Below are positions 28,013 through 38,408 of a DNA stretch of 64,000 nucleotides, piece by piece. The DNA lies in assembly GCA_963771355.1 (NCBI GenBank), contig CAVYTA010000007.1, positions 512,001 through 576,000 of the forward strand. Direction: 5' to 3'. The stretch comes from an uncultured Candidatus Rokubacteria bacterium (GTDB taxonomy: Bacteria > Methylomirabilota > Methylomirabilia > Rokubacteriales > CSP1-6). Within the stretch, counting starts at the first letter, position 1, and every line of letters starts with the position of its first letter. Made by a program: the position numbers and the translations under genes. Below the pieces are notes generated by a model. The model was given only the letters and a program-made list of their open reading frames with translations. It did not search any database and was not told where the DNA came from.

Positions 28013-30169
28013 TCAGCGCTGCGCGTCGAGCTCCACGCGCAGCAACGTGTCGAGGATGCTGACGCCCGTGCCGCGCTCGCCCACCGCCACCGGATTGAGG
28101 TCCATCTCTGTCACGCCTGCCGCGGCGAGCGCCCGCGCGGCCGCGCCGAGCCGCACGAGCAGATCCGCCGCCGCAGCGAGATCGAGCGGCGGCCGGCCGC
28201 GCACGCCGTCCCAGAGCGCGGCGACCCGGAGCGCGCGCAGCGCCTCCTCCGCCGCCACCGTGTCGATGGGCGGCACCAGGAGATGGAAGTCGCGCAGTGT
28301 CTCGACGAGCACGCCCCCCGCCGCGACCATCACCACCGGACCGAAGACCGGATCGCGCTTGACGCCCAGCGCCAGCTCGAGCTCGCCCTTCGCCTGGCGC
28401 TGGACGAGCAGTCCGTCCAGGCGCGCGCGCGGCGCGTGCGCGGCGACGGTATCGAGAATGCGGCGTGCCGCCTCGCGCACCGCGGCGCCATCGCCGAGGC
28501 CCAGCGCCACTCCGCCCACGTCGGACTTGTGCGGCAGATCCGGCGAGCAGATCTTCACCACCACCGGATAGCCGAGCGCCTCGGCCGCCGCCGCCGCCGC
28601 GTCCGGATCGGCGGCGAGCCGGCTCGCGACCAGCGGCAGCCCGAAGGGCTCGAGGCGGCGCCGGCTCTCCCACTCGCTGAGAAAGCCGTCCGCCGAGACG
28701 CGCGGCGCCGGCCCGGAAAGGGGCGGGGGCGTCGGCGCGGGCGCCGCCGCGGCGGCGGCGAGGCGCGCCTGCCAGCGTGGCCGTCGGCGCGTGACCTCCG
28801 CCAGGCAGGCCAGCGAGCGGAGCGCCACCGTGGAGTCGTCGAAGGCGAGCACGCCCGCCTCGCGGAACAGCGCCACCACGTGGGGCTGCGGGCACGACAT
28901 GGCGACGACCTTGCCGGTGGTCGCCGCCACCCGACCCACGTCGCGGGCGAAGCGCGCGACGTCGGTGGCGGCACCGAAGAGCGCGACCTGGAAGACGATC
29001 ATGTCCACGCCGGGATCGGCTTCCAGCACCGGCAGCACCCGCATGAGCATCCCGGGATCGGTGAGGATCTGCGCGGTGAGGTCCACGGGATTCTGCGGGG
29101 CCGCGAAGTCGGGGAGGGCGGCGCGGAGGCCGGCGGTGGTCTCGGCGGAGAACTCCGCCGGGATCAGTCCCAGATCGACGCACAGATCCACCGAGAGCAC
29201 GCCCAGCCCGCCCGAGTTCGAGACGATGGCCACGCGGCGCCCCGCCTCCGCATAGCGGAGGAAGGCCTGCGGCAGGCGGAGCAGATCGGCGGGGTCGGCG
29301 GCGCGCAGGGCGCCCCAGTCGCGGAATACCGCGTCGTACACCGCGTCCTCGCCGGCCAGAGAGCCCGTGTGCGAGGCGGCCGCGCGCTGGCCCTGCGCGC
29401 TGCGCCCGGATTTCAGCACGAAGACGGGCACGCGGTGGCGGTGCGCGCGCGCGAGGGCTCCGCGGAAGCGCTCCGCGTCCTTCACGTCCTCGAGATAGCA
29501 GCAGGCCACGCGCGTCTCTCCGTCCGCGACGACCTCGGCGAGGATGTCCGCGGCCTGCACGTCCGCCTCGTTTCCCGTGCTCACCCAGTAGTTGAGGCCG
29601 AGCCCCTGCGTCCGCGCCAGCTCGTAGAGCATCCCCGCCATGGCGCCGCTCTGGCTGACCATCGCGATGGGGCCGATGCAGAGCGGTTCGTCGAGGAAGC
29701 CGGAGGCGAAGGTGGTCATCAGCCGCGTCGGCAGGTGCGCGATGCCCTGGCAGTTCGGGCCCACGATGCGGAGTCCGGTGCGGTGGGCCAGCGCGGTGAG
29801 GCGGGCCTGCGCCTCGCGCCCGGCTCCACCCACTTCGGCAAATCCGCTGCTGAAGACGATGGCGGCGCGCACTCCGTGGACGGCGGCCGCCTCCAGGGCG
29901 GGCTCGACGGCCTCGGCGGGCACCACCACCACCGCGAGGTCGACCGGCGCGGGCACGTCCGAGATGGACGCGAAGGCGGGAAGCCCCTGCACGGTCGTGC
30001 GCGACGGGTTCACCGGGTAGACCTTTCCGGCATACTGATAGCGGAGGAGAAAGGCCAGCGGCCGGCCCCCGATCTTGACGGGGTCGTCGGAGGCGCCGAG
30101 CACCGCGATGGCTCGGGGCGCCAGGAGCGCGCGGAGGCCGGGATCGCCCGGCACGGACGGAGGCGTCAC
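28013..30169 (-). CDS. Acetate--CoA ligase family (NDP-forming acyl-CoA synthetase; CoA-binding + ATP-grasp)
   Basis: IAVLGAS, YPVNP, GPNCQG, SQSGA, STGNEAD, SHTGSLAG, NPVDLT, HKSDVGGV, DPVFGP and MDLNP. Start set at GTG 30169, 8 nt after TATACT. Confidence 0.92.
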   Translation of the reverse strand: MTPPSVPGDPGLRALLAPRAIAVLGASDDPVKIGGRPLAFLLRYQYAGKVYPVNPSRTTVQGLPAFASISDVPAPVDLAVVVVPAEAVEPALEAAAVHGVRAAIVFSSGFAEVGGAGREAQARLTALAHRTGLRIVGPNCQGIAHLPTRLMTTFASGFLDEPLCIGPIAMVSQSGAMAGMLYELARTQGLGLNYWVSTGNEADVQAADILAEVVADGETRVACCYLEDVKDAERFRGALARAHRHRVPVFVLKSGRSAQGQRAAASHTGSLAGEDAVYDAVFRDWGALRAADPADLLRLPQAFLRYAEAGRRVAIVSNSGGLGVLSVDLCVDLGLIPAEFSAETTAGLRAALPDFAAPQNPVDLTAQILTDPGMLMRVLPVLEADPGVDMIVFQVALFGAATDVARFARDVGRVAATTGKVVAMSCPQPHVVALFREAGVLAFDDSTVALRSLACLAEVTRRRPRWQARLAAAAAAPAPTPPPLSGPAPRVSADGFLSEWESRRRLEPFGLPLVASRLAADPDAAAAAAEALGYPVVVKICSPDLPHKSDVGGVALGLGDGAAVREAARRILDTVAAHAPRARLDGLLVQRQAKGELELALGVKRDPVFGPVVMVAAGGVLVETLRDFHLLVPPIDTVAAEEALRALRVAALWDGVRGRPPLDLAAAADLLVRLGAAARALAAAGVTEMDLNPVAVGERGTGVSILDTLLRVELDAQR

Positions 30170-30229
30170 GGGGAACGAGTATAGCAATGTTGGAGTACGC
30201 CGCACTTCGTGGGATGCTGGCCGAGCCTT

Positions 30230-31237
30230 ATGACCAGAGGCGACCAGGTCACCCGGCCGGATCCGGGCTCCCGGACGATACTCGTCGTCGAGGACGAGGC
30301 CGCCGTCCGTGACACCCTATCGGAAGCGCTGCGCCTCTTCGGCTACCAGGTGGCCACCGTCGACTCCGCGGAATCCGCCCTCCTCGAGATGGAGCGCTCC
30401 GTCCCCGACCTCGTCCTCACCGACGTGCACATGCGGGCCATCAGCGGCGTGGAGCTGTGCCGCCGCCTCAAGAATGATCCTCGGTTCGCGCTGGTGCCGG
30501 TGGTGATCCTCACCGGCGTGGCGGATCTCGCCGCGCGCGTGGCGGGGCTGGACGCGGGCGCGGACGACTTCTTCGCCAAGCCGGTGGAGTTCACCGAGCT
30601 GCGAACGCGAGTGGGGGCGCTGCTGCGCGTGAAGGGCCTCGTGGACGAGCTCGAGCACGCCGAGGGTGTCATCGGCACGCTCGCCCTCACCATCGAGGCG
30701 CGCGATCCGTATACCATGGGCCACTGCGAGCGACTGTCGCACTACGCGGTGACCCTGGGCCGCGAGGTGGGCGCCGAGCGACCCTTGATACGCTCGCTGC
30801 AGTGGGCGGGCTATCTCCACGATCTCGGCAAGATCGCGGTGCCGGACGGCGTGCTGCTCAAGCCGGGGCCGCTCACCGCGGAGGAGCGCGTGATCATCAA
30901 CCGGCATCCGGCGGCGGGCGCCGACCTCGTGAGCGGACTCCACACCCTCGACGACGTCCGGCCCATCATCCGCCACCACCACGAGCGCTGGGACGGCTCC
31001 GGTTATCCGGATGGCCTCGCCGGCGAGGCCATCCCGCTGGGCGCGCGGATCATGGCGGTGGTGGATGTCTTCGACGCGCTGCACACCACGCGGCCGTACA
31101 AGCGGTCGATGGCGCTCGACGAGGCGCTGGATATCCTGCGGCGGGAAGCCGACCGGGGCTTCTGGGAGTCGCGCATCGTCTCCACCTTCGCCGACCTCGT
31201 ACGGGACGGCCTGGTGAAGGCAGAGCCGCGGGCCTGA
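30230..31237 (+). CDS. Response regulator with HD-GYP c-di-GMP phosphodiesterase domain (RpfG-like)
   Basis: REC motifs ILVVEDE, LTDVHM and FAKP; HD-GYP motifs YTMGHCER, LHDLGK, HHHERWDGSGYP and RPYK. Confidence 0.93.
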   Translation: MTRGDQVTRPDPGSRTILVVEDEAAVRDTLSEALRLFGYQVATVDSAESALLEMERSVPDLVLTDVHMRAISGVELCRRLKNDPRFALVPVVILTGVADLAARVAGLDAGADDFFAKPVEFTELRTRVGALLRVKGLVDELEHAEGVIGTLALTIEARDPYTMGHCERLSHYAVTLGREVGAERPLIRSLQWAGYLHDLGKIAVPDGVLLKPGPLTAEERVIINRHPAAGADLVSGLHTLDDVRPIIRHHHERWDGSGYPDGLAGEAIPLGARIMAVVDVFDALHTTRPYKRSMALDEALDILRREADRGFWESRIVSTFADLVRDGLVKAEPRA

Positions 31238-31261
31238 CCCCCTCGCGGTAGGTCCGGTATC

Positions 31262-31534
31262 ATGGGGCCCGCGATGTCGCGCCCGCCCCCTCGGCCCACC
31301 GCCTACGGCCTGCTCGTCGCCGCCACCGCGCTCCTGCTCCTCGTCCTGGGCGCGGGGCTCGCGAGCCAGGTCGGCCGGCCGTATCCCGGCTTCACCGCCG
31401 CGGTGGCGCCCGAGCTCATCACCTGGCCGTTGCTCGTCGAGACCTTCGGCGCGTATTTCCTCGTCTCCGCCCTGATGCTGGCGGCCGGGATCCTGGTGTA
31501 CCGGCAGAATCCCGCCGCGCGGCCCAACCGATAA
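31262..31534 (+). CDS. Small two-TM membrane protein (possible gene remnant)
   Basis: 90 aa ORF with two hydrophobic helices flanking GRPYPGF and host-like GC3 codon usage. An alternative ATG lies at 31274. Confidence 0.5.
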   Translation: MGPAMSRPPPRPTAYGLLVAATALLLLVLGAGLASQVGRPYPGFTAAVAPELITWPLLVETFGAYFLVSALMLAAGILVYRQNPAARPNR

Positions 31535-31604
31535 GCAAGGAGAGCAGACGGGGGGAGAGCGGGGGCCATTTCGAGGCCCCCGCTGATGGTATAGACTGCC
31601 CGCC

Positions 31605-32600
31605 ATGCCGACCATGACCAAGCGCGAACGAGTGCTCGCGGCCACCACGCGGCAGCCGGTGGACCGGCCGCCGGTGGCCTTCTGGCGCCATGCTCCCCAC
31701 GTCGACCACACCGCGTCCGGTCTCGCCGGCGCCATGCTCGACTTTCATCGCCGATGGGATCTCGACCTCATCAAGATCATGTCGAGCGGCGTCTACTGCG
31801 TGGAGGACTGGGGCTGCCGGGTCGCCTATCAAGGCTCGCCGAACGGAGCCAAGATCTGCACGGAACACGCGGTGAAGACGACGACGGACTGGGACCGAGT
31901 CCGGGCGCTCGACCCTGGCGCGGGGGCGCTGGGGCGCGAGCTGGAAGCCCTGCGCCTCATCGTGCGGGGCCGCGGCGACGACGCGCCCGCGCTCCACACG
32001 CTCTTCTCCCCGCTCACCATCGCGCGGAAGCTCGCCGGCGACCGCCTCGACGCGGACCTTGCCGCCCAGCCCGGGGTGGTGGAGGCGGCGCTCGAGGTGA
32101 TCGCGACCACGGTGACGCGCTACGCGGCGGCGGCGCTGGAGGCGGGCGCGGACGGATTCTTCTTCGCCACCCAGCACGCCAGCCGCGACGTGATCGCCGA
32201 GGCAGCCTTCCGGCGCTTCGAGCTGCCGTATCTCCGCCGCCTGCTCGAGAAGCTGGACGCGGGGCCCGGGCTCACCATGCTGCACCTCCATGGGAAGGAC
32301 ATCTACTTCGATGCGTGCGCGGAGCTGCCGGCGGCGGTGCTCAACTGGCACGACCGGCTCACCGGGCCCACCCTGGCCGAGGGGAAGAAGCGCGCCCGCG
32401 GCGCGGTGGCGGCGGGAATCGGGGAATCGGGCACGCTACGCCGCGGGCCCGCCGAGGCCGTGGCCGCCGAGGTGCGCGACGCCCTCGCCCAGACCGGCGG
32501 CGCCGGCCACATCGTCACCACCGGCTGCGTGCTGCCCCTGGACGTGTCGGACGCGCAGCTCCAGACGGTGGTGGACACCGTCCGGAAGGCTCGAGCATGA
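31605..32600 (+). CDS. Uroporphyrinogen decarboxylase (URO-D/MtaA-like) family protein, not canonical HemE
   Basis: MTKRERV...DRPPV, FSPLT, GADG, LHLHG and IVTTGC. The HemE MRQAGR motif is absent. Confidence 0.85.
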   Translation: MPTMTKRERVLAATTRQPVDRPPVAFWRHAPHVDHTASGLAGAMLDFHRRWDLDLIKIMSSGVYCVEDWGCRVAYQGSPNGAKICTEHAVKTTTDWDRVRALDPGAGALGRELEALRLIVRGRGDDAPALHTLFSPLTIARKLAGDRLDADLAAQPGVVEAALEVIATTVTRYAAAALEAGADGFFFATQHASRDVIAEAAFRRFELPYLRRLLEKLDAGPGLTMLHLHGKDIYFDACAELPAAVLNWHDRLTGPTLAEGKKRARGAVAAGIGESGTLRRGPAEAVAAEVRDALAQTGGAGHIVTTGCVLPLDVSDAQLQTVVDTVRKARA

Positions 32601-34114
32601 GGGTTGCCTCGCCGCGCTGGCTCTCCGCGGTCGCGCTGACGGTGGGTCTCGTGACGGGCCCGGTGGGGGGGCTCGCCGCTCCCGCCGCCGCCCAGGGCGA
32701 GCTGCGCGTCGCGATTCCGTGGACGCCGGAGAACCTCGACCCCACCATGAATCTCTCCTCGCTGCGCTCGCAGGTGGGCGTGAGCATCTTCGACTCCCTG
32801 GTGGACCGCGACGGCGAGGGGAAGATCGTGGGCGCCCTGGCGGAGTCGTGGCGGCTCCTCGACGACCGCACCTGGCAGTTCCGCCTCCGCCGCGGCGTGG
32901 TCTTCCACAACGGCGAGCCGTTCAATGCCGAAGCGGTCCGCTCCACCTTCCTGCGCGTGCTGAACCCGGAGCAGAAGTCGCCCAACCGTGCCAACGTGGC
33001 CGAGGTCGAGCGCATCGACGTGCTGGACGAGTACACCTTGAACCTCGTGACGAAGAATCCGTACGCGCCCTTTCTGGCCCGCCTCATCGACTTCCCGATG
33101 GTGCCGTCGCGCTATACCGCCGAGAAGGGCAATGCGGGGCTGGCCCTCCGGCCGGTGGGGACGGGGCCCTTCCGCTTCGTGGAGCTGGTGAAGGACGATC
33201 ATCTCGTCGTCGAGGCCTTCGACCGCCACTGGCGGGGCGCACCCCGGATCCGGCGCATCACCTTCAAGCCGATTCCGGAGCCCTTCACGCGGGCGGCGGC
33301 GCTGCGCAACGGCGAGGTGGATCTCATCACCACCATGCCGCCCAATCTCGGGCGCGAGCTGGAGAAGGTGCCGGGCCTCCGCGTGCACCGCGTGCCGAGC
33401 ACCTGGCAGATCTACCTCGGGCTCAATGCCTTCCGGAAGCCCCTGTCCGACGTGCGGGTGCGCCAGGCGCTGAACTACGCGACCGACGTGGACTCCATCA
33501 TCAAGAATGTGCTCGACGGCAACGGCCGCCGGCTCGACGGGCCGTTCACCGCGGGCGTGTTCGGGTTCGACGCCTCCGTGAAGGGCTACGCGCCGGATCC
33601 CGCCCGGGCCCGGCGGCTCCTCGCCGAGGCGGGATATCCGGACGGGCTCGAGATCATCCTCGACGCGCCGGCCGGCCGCTATCAAGGCGACAAGGAGATC
33701 GCGGAAGCCCTCGGCGGCCAGTGGCAGAAGGCCGGCTTCCGGCCCAAGGTGCAGGTGGCGGAGTGGGGCGCCTACTTCAAGAAGTACCTGGGCAAGCAGA
33801 TGCAGGACGCCTATCTGCTCGGCCTCGGCGGGCCCATGCAGGACGGCGACGAGCTCTACAACCTCGTCTCCTCCAAGGGCCGCGGGCTCTACTACAAGAA
33901 CGAGAAGGTGGACGAGCTCTTCGACCAGGGGCGCAGCACCACCGATCCCGCCAAGCGCCGGAGGATCTATGCCGACCTCGCGCGGCTCATGGTCGAGGAC
34001 GCCACCTGGGTGTTCCTCATGCAGCAGGTGGACATCTACGCCACCCGCGACCGCCTCGGCTGGACGCCGCGCGCGGATCAGTGGCTGCTCTTCGGGCCGG
34101 CCACGGTGAAATAG
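32597..34114 (+). CDS. ABC transporter substrate-binding protein (family 5)
   Basis: Signal peptide; LAESW, LRRGVVFHNGEPFNAEAV, PVGTGPF and VRQALNYA; ATGA overlap with the URO-D-like gene. Confidence 0.92.
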   Translation: MRVASPRWLSAVALTVGLVTGPVGGLAAPAAAQGELRVAIPWTPENLDPTMNLSSLRSQVGVSIFDSLVDRDGEGKIVGALAESWRLLDDRTWQFRLRRGVVFHNGEPFNAEAVRSTFLRVLNPEQKSPNRANVAEVERIDVLDEYTLNLVTKNPYAPFLARLIDFPMVPSRYTAEKGNAGLALRPVGTGPFRFVELVKDDHLVVEAFDRHWRGAPRIRRITFKPIPEPFTRAAALRNGEVDLITTMPPNLGRELEKVPGLRVHRVPSTWQIYLGLNAFRKPLSDVRVRQALNYATDVDSIIKNVLDGNGRRLDGPFTAGVFGFDASVKGYAPDPARARRLLAEAGYPDGLEIILDAPAGRYQGDKEIAEALGGQWQKAGFRPKVQVAEWGAYFKKYLGKQMQDAYLLGLGGPMQDGDELYNLVSSKGRGLYYKNEKVDELFDQGRSTTDPAKRRRIYADLARLMVEDATWVFLMQQVDIYATRDRLGWTPRADQWLLFGPATVK

Positions 34115-34118
34115 CCGC

Positions 34119-34886
34119 GTGGCATTGCTGGAGGTCGAGGGGCTGCGCCGGAGCTTCTACGGCGTCCAGGCGCTCACCGGCGTGGACCTGCGCGTGGCCG
34201 CCGGGACCATCACCGGCCTGATCGGCCCCAACGGGGCGGGGAAGACCACGCTGTTCAACTGCGTCTCCGGGCTGATCCCGCCCGAGGGCGGGCGCGTCCG
34301 CTTCGACGGGGAGGACATCACCGGCTGGCGCGCCGACCGCGTGACCCGCCGCGGGCTCGTCCGCACCTTCCAGATCGCCCGCGGATTCCCGCGCCTGTCC
34401 GTGCTGGAGAACCTCATGCTCTATGGCGCGGGGCAGCCGGGGGAGTCGCTGTGGCGCGCGCTCGCGCGCCCGCCCGCGGTGGCGCGCCGCGAGGCCGCGC
34501 TGCGCGACCGTGCCCTGGCGGTGGCGCGGCGGCTCAACCTGATGGCCGTCGCCGATGCGCCCGCCTCCGACCTCTCCGGCGGCCAGAAGAAGCTGCTGGA
34601 GCTGGGGCGCGCCCTCATGACCGACCCCCAGTGCATCCTGCTCGACGAGCCCATCGCCGGCGTCAACCCGACCCTGGCCGGGGAGATCGCGCGCCACCTC
34701 GAGTCGCTGCGCGCCGATGGCCTCACCTTCCTCATCATCGAGCATCACCTGGACGTGATCGCGCGGCTCTGCGAGCCGGTGGTGGTGATGGCGGAAGGGC
34801 GGCATCTCGCGGAGGGCACCTTTGCCGCCCTGGCCGCCGACCCGCGCGTGCAGGCGGCCTACATGGGCCGACGGGGAGTGGCGTGA
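34119..34886 (+). CDS. livG: Branched-chain amino acid ABC ATP-binding protein
   Basis: GPNGAGKTT, RTFQ, LSGGQKKLLE, LLDEP, IEH and V.AAYMG. Confidence 0.9.
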   Translation: MALLEVEGLRRSFYGVQALTGVDLRVAAGTITGLIGPNGAGKTTLFNCVSGLIPPEGGRVRFDGEDITGWRADRVTRRGLVRTFQIARGFPRLSVLENLMLYGAGQPGESLWRALARPPAVARREAALRDRALAVARRLNLMAVADAPASDLSGGQKKLLELGRALMTDPQCILLDEPIAGVNPTLAGEIARHLESLRADGLTFLIIEHHLDVIARLCEPVVVMAEGRHLAEGTFAALAADPRVQAAYMGRRGVA

Positions 34887-35590
34887 CGCTCCTGGACTGC
34901 CAGGACATCGTGGCCGGATACTCCGCCGCGGACGAGGTGCTCAAGGGGGTGGACCTCACCGTCGCGCGCGGCGAGATCGTCAGCATCATCGGCCCCAACG
35001 GCGCCGGAAAATCCACCTTGCTCAAGGTGGTGGCGGGCATTCTCGTGCCCCGCCGCGGCAGCGTGCGGCTGGGGGAGCAGGCCATCGGGGGGCGGCCGGC
35101 GCGCGAGGTCTCGGCCCTGGGAGTGGCCTTCGTGCCGCAGGAGCAGAACGTGTTCCCCACCATGACGGTGCGGGAGAACCTCGAGATGGGCGGCTACGTG
35201 GATCCCCGGGGCGCCCGACGGCGGATCGACGCCATCTTCGAGCGCTTTCCCGCGCTGGCGGAGAAGCGCCGGCAGGCCGCGCGCACGCTGTCCGGCGGCC
35301 AGCGTCAGATCCTCGCCATGGCCATGGCGCTCATGGTGGACCCGGTGCTCCTGCTGCTCGACGAGCCCTCGGCGGGGCTCGCGCCGCAGGCGGCGGAACG
35401 GCTCTTCGAGACGATCCGGGGCATCAATGCCGATGGCGTGTCCATCGCCATGGTGGAGCAGAATGCGCTCGAGGCCCTCGCCATTGCCGGACGGGGCTAT
35501 ATTCTGGTGGACGGGCGCAACAGCCGCACGGGTCCCGCCGCCGAGCTGGCGCGGGACCCCGAGGTCCGCCGCATCTTTTTAGGAGCTTGA
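34883..35590 (+). CDS. livF: Branched-chain amino acid ABC ATP-binding protein
   Basis: GPNGAGKST, FVPQ, TVRENLEMG, LSGGQRQ, LLDEPSAGLAP and VEQNA; GTGA overlap. Confidence 0.9.
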   Translation: MTLLDCQDIVAGYSAADEVLKGVDLTVARGEIVSIIGPNGAGKSTLLKVVAGILVPRRGSVRLGEQAIGGRPAREVSALGVAFVPQEQNVFPTMTVRENLEMGGYVDPRGARRRIDAIFERFPALAEKRRQAARTLSGGQRQILAMAMALMVDPVLLLLDEPSAGLAPQAAERLFETIRGINADGVSIAMVEQNALEALAIAGRGYILVDGRNSRTGPAAELARDPEVRRIFLGA

Positions 35591-35655
35591 TTGGCGAGCC
35601 GCAGCCGAAGGCGAGGCGAGCGGAAACGAAGGACAACCCGAGCGGAGCGAGGGAC

Positions 35656-36303
35656 ATGGCAGAAAATAATGGAGCGCCGGTATTCACACAGGTGGTGTCC
35701 ACGCTGGAGGAGCTGCGCGCGCTCATGGGCGAGCCCTCCGAGCTGGCGCTGCGCAAGGATATCGGCCGTCTCGACGCGCACTGCCGCAACTTCATCGCGC
35801 GCTCGCCCTTCGTGCTGATGGCGACCTCCGACCGGTCGGGGCGCTGCGACGTGAGTCCCAAGGGTGACGCGCCCGGCTTCGTCCAGGTCCTCGACGAGCG
35901 GCATCTCGTGATCCCGGATCGCCCCGGCAACAAGCGCTTCGACGGGATCCGCAATCTCCTGGAGAACCCGGGCATCGGTCTCCTCTTTCTGCTGCCTCGC
36001 AGCGAGGAGACCTTGCGGGTGAATGGGCGGGCTTTGATCGTCCGCGATCCCGACGTGCTGGGGCGCTTCGCCGTGCAGGGCAAGCTGCCCCTGCTCGCCA
36101 TCGCGGTGGAGGTGCAGGAGAGCTTTCTCCACTGCGCGAAGTGCGTGAAGCGCTCCGGGCTCTGGGAGGTGTCCCAGTGGCCCGACCTGAACGGGCTGGC
36201 CTCGCCCGCCCAGATGTTCCTGGACCATGCCAAGCCGCGCGACATGACCGTCGAGGCGCTCGACCGGCGTCTCCAGGACGGCTACCGCACCAATCTCTAC
36301 TGA
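35656..36303 (+). CDS. Pyridoxamine 5'-phosphate oxidase-like FMN-binding protein (MSMEG_1061 family)
   Basis: FIARSPF, DVSPKGDAPGFV, PDRPGNKR, ETLRVNG and HCAK..RSGLW. Confidence 0.88.
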   Translation: MAENNGAPVFTQVVSTLEELRALMGEPSELALRKDIGRLDAHCRNFIARSPFVLMATSDRSGRCDVSPKGDAPGFVQVLDERHLVIPDRPGNKRFDGIRNLLENPGIGLLFLLPRSEETLRVNGRALIVRDPDVLGRFAVQGKLPLLAIAVEVQESFLHCAKCVKRSGLWEVSQWPDLNGLASPAQMFLDHAKPRDMTVEALDRRLQDGYRTNLY

Positions 36304-36324
36304 AGGCGACGAGGAGACCTACCG

Positions 36325-37539
36325 ATGACCGAGCGCGACCACGACATCTCCCGCCGAACCCTGCTCGCGGGCAGCGCCGCCCTCGCCGCCGCGGCCTGGT
36401 CGCCGCGGCGCGCCGCCGCGCAGGGCGCCCCCATCCGCCTGGGCACGCTGACCCCGCTCACCGGGGCGGGCGGCTCCTACGGCCCCTCCATGCGCAAGGC
36501 GATCGAGTGGGTGGCCTCCGAGGTGAACGGAGCCGGGGGCGCGCTCGGACGCAAGATCGAGCTGGTGAGTGAGGACGACCAGACCAATCCGGAGGCCGCG
36601 GTGCGCGCCGCGCGCAAGCTCATCGACGCGGACAAGGTGGCGGCCATCATGGGCACCTGGGCCTCCTCCGTCACCACCGCGGTGGCGCCCCTCTGCTGGG
36701 AGTCCAAGACCTTCCTCACCACGGTGTCGGGGTCGGACACCATCACCCAGCTCCCGCACCTGGGCTATCTCGTCCGCACCCAGCCGAATACCCAGCTCCA
36801 GATCGGCAAGCTCGGCGAGTTCATCCTCTCGCTCAAGTCCAAGCGCGTGTTCGTCCTCGCCGCGCAGACGCCCTTCGCGGTGCCGTCTCAGAAGCGCCTG
36901 TCCGAGATCCTGCCCAAGGGTGGCTCGGAGCTGGTGGGCGGCGTCATCTACGACAAGGACAAGACCACCTTCCGCTCCGAGATCGACCAGGCGCTCCGGG
37001 CCAAGCCGGACATGATCTATCTCAACGGCTATACCCCCGACACCACGGTGGTGCTGAAGGAGCTCTTCAAGGCCGGCTACACCGGGGCCAAGATCGCTCA
37101 GGGCTATGCGGTCAACCAGAAGCTCCTGGACTCGGTGCCTGCCGAGGTGACGGACGGCACCTACACCGCCACCCCCTCGCCGGCGGTGGACTCGGCCGGC
37201 TACAAGCGGCTCGCCAAGTTCCTCGGCGCCGCCGACCTGGATCCTTACTCCTGCCAGTGCCACGATCACGCGAGCCTGGTCATCCTCGCCATCGCGAAGG
37301 CCAAGGGCGAGGCCACCGGCACCGCCATCAAGGATTCGGTGCGGAAGATCTCGCAGGGCAGCGGCGTGAAGGTGGACAACGCCGTCGAAGGGCTCAAGCT
37401 CCTGGCCCAGGGCAAGGAGATCAACTACGAGGGCGCCAGTGGGCCCTGCGACTTCACCGAGACCGGCGACATCATCGACTGCAAGATCCGCTACGACGTG
37501 GCCGAGAAGGGCGCGTTCAAGCTGGTGAAGCTTCTCTGA
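36325..37539 (+). CDS. Branched-chain amino acid ABC substrate-binding protein (LivK-like), Tat signal
   Basis: SRRTLL twin-arginine signal; PLTG, EDDQT, RTQP and INYEGASG..DF..GD. Confidence 0.92.
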   Translation: MTERDHDISRRTLLAGSAALAAAAWSPRRAAAQGAPIRLGTLTPLTGAGGSYGPSMRKAIEWVASEVNGAGGALGRKIELVSEDDQTNPEAAVRAARKLIDADKVAAIMGTWASSVTTAVAPLCWESKTFLTTVSGSDTITQLPHLGYLVRTQPNTQLQIGKLGEFILSLKSKRVFVLAAQTPFAVPSQKRLSEILPKGGSELVGGVIYDKDKTTFRSEIDQALRAKPDMIYLNGYTPDTTVVLKELFKAGYTGAKIAQGYAVNQKLLDSVPAEVTDGTYTATPSPAVDSAGYKRLAKFLGAADLDPYSCQCHDHASLVILAIAKAKGEATGTAIKDSVRKISQGSGVKVDNAVEGLKLLAQGKEINYEGASGPCDFTETGDIIDCKIRYDVAEKGAFKLVKLL

Positions 37540-37543
37540 GCGC

Positions 37544-38407
37544 GTGACCGAGGTCGCACAGCTCCTGGTCAACGGCCTGGTGGCCGGCACCATTCTGGCG
37601 GTGCCGGCCATCGGCTTCACCGCCATCTATGCGGTGCTCCGCTTTCCCAACTTCACGGTGGCGTCTCACGCCACCATCGGCGCCTTCGCCGGCTATGTCG
37701 CCAATACCGCCGGCGGCCTGCCCGCCTGGGCCGCGGTGGGTGTCGCCTTTCTGGTGACGGGCGTGGCGGGCGTGATCAACGACGAGGTGGTGCTGAAGCC
37801 CCTGCGGCCCTCGGGGGCGCTCACCGCCGCCATCGCCGCGGTGGCGCTCACCATCGCGCTGGAAAACGTCATCCGCTTCATCTGGGGCAACGACCTCCGC
37901 GGCTACGCTCTCCCTCTCCGGCGCGACTGGCAGTGGGCGGGACTGCGCATCGGGCCGCAGCAGGTGGAGAACCTCGTCATCGCGGTGGTGGCCATGGGGG
38001 CGCTGTTCCTCTTCCTCGCCTTCACGCGCACCGGCAAGGCCATGCGCGCGGTGGCGGACAACCCCACCCTGGCCGGCATCAAGGGCATCAACGCCGAGAT
38101 GGTGGCCCGCCTCGTCAACTTCGTGGGGATGGGGCTGGCCGGCATCGGCGGCATGCTCCTGGGCCTGGACACCAGCATCGATCCGCTCACCGGCTTCCGC
38201 GTCATCCTCTCCGTGTTCGCCGCCGCGGTGGTGGGCGGCCTCGGCAGCATCCCGGGCGCGGTGGTGGGGGCGCTGGCCATCGGGGTGGCGGAAGAGCTGT
38301 CGCTCCTGTCGCTGGCGCCCGCGTATCGAACCGCGGTGGGCTTCGTCGCCATCCTGCTCGTGCTCACCGTGCGCCCGCGCGGCATCCTCGGGGAGCGTGC
38401 CTTCTAA
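37544..38407 (+). CDS. livH: Branched-chain amino acid ABC permease
   Basis: LVNGL, TRTGKAMRAVADN, VVGGLGSIPGA and RPRGILG. Confidence 0.9.
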   Translation: MTEVAQLLVNGLVAGTILAVPAIGFTAIYAVLRFPNFTVASHATIGAFAGYVANTAGGLPAWAAVGVAFLVTGVAGVINDEVVLKPLRPSGALTAAIAAVALTIALENVIRFIWGNDLRGYALPLRRDWQWAGLRIGPQQVENLVIAVVAMGALFLFLAFTRTGKAMRAVADNPTLAGIKGINAEMVARLVNFVGMGLAGIGGMLLGLDTSIDPLTGFRVILSVFAAAVVGGLGSIPGAVVGALAIGVAEELSLLSLAPAYRTAVGFVAILLVLTVRPRGILGERAF

Positions 38408-38408
38408 G

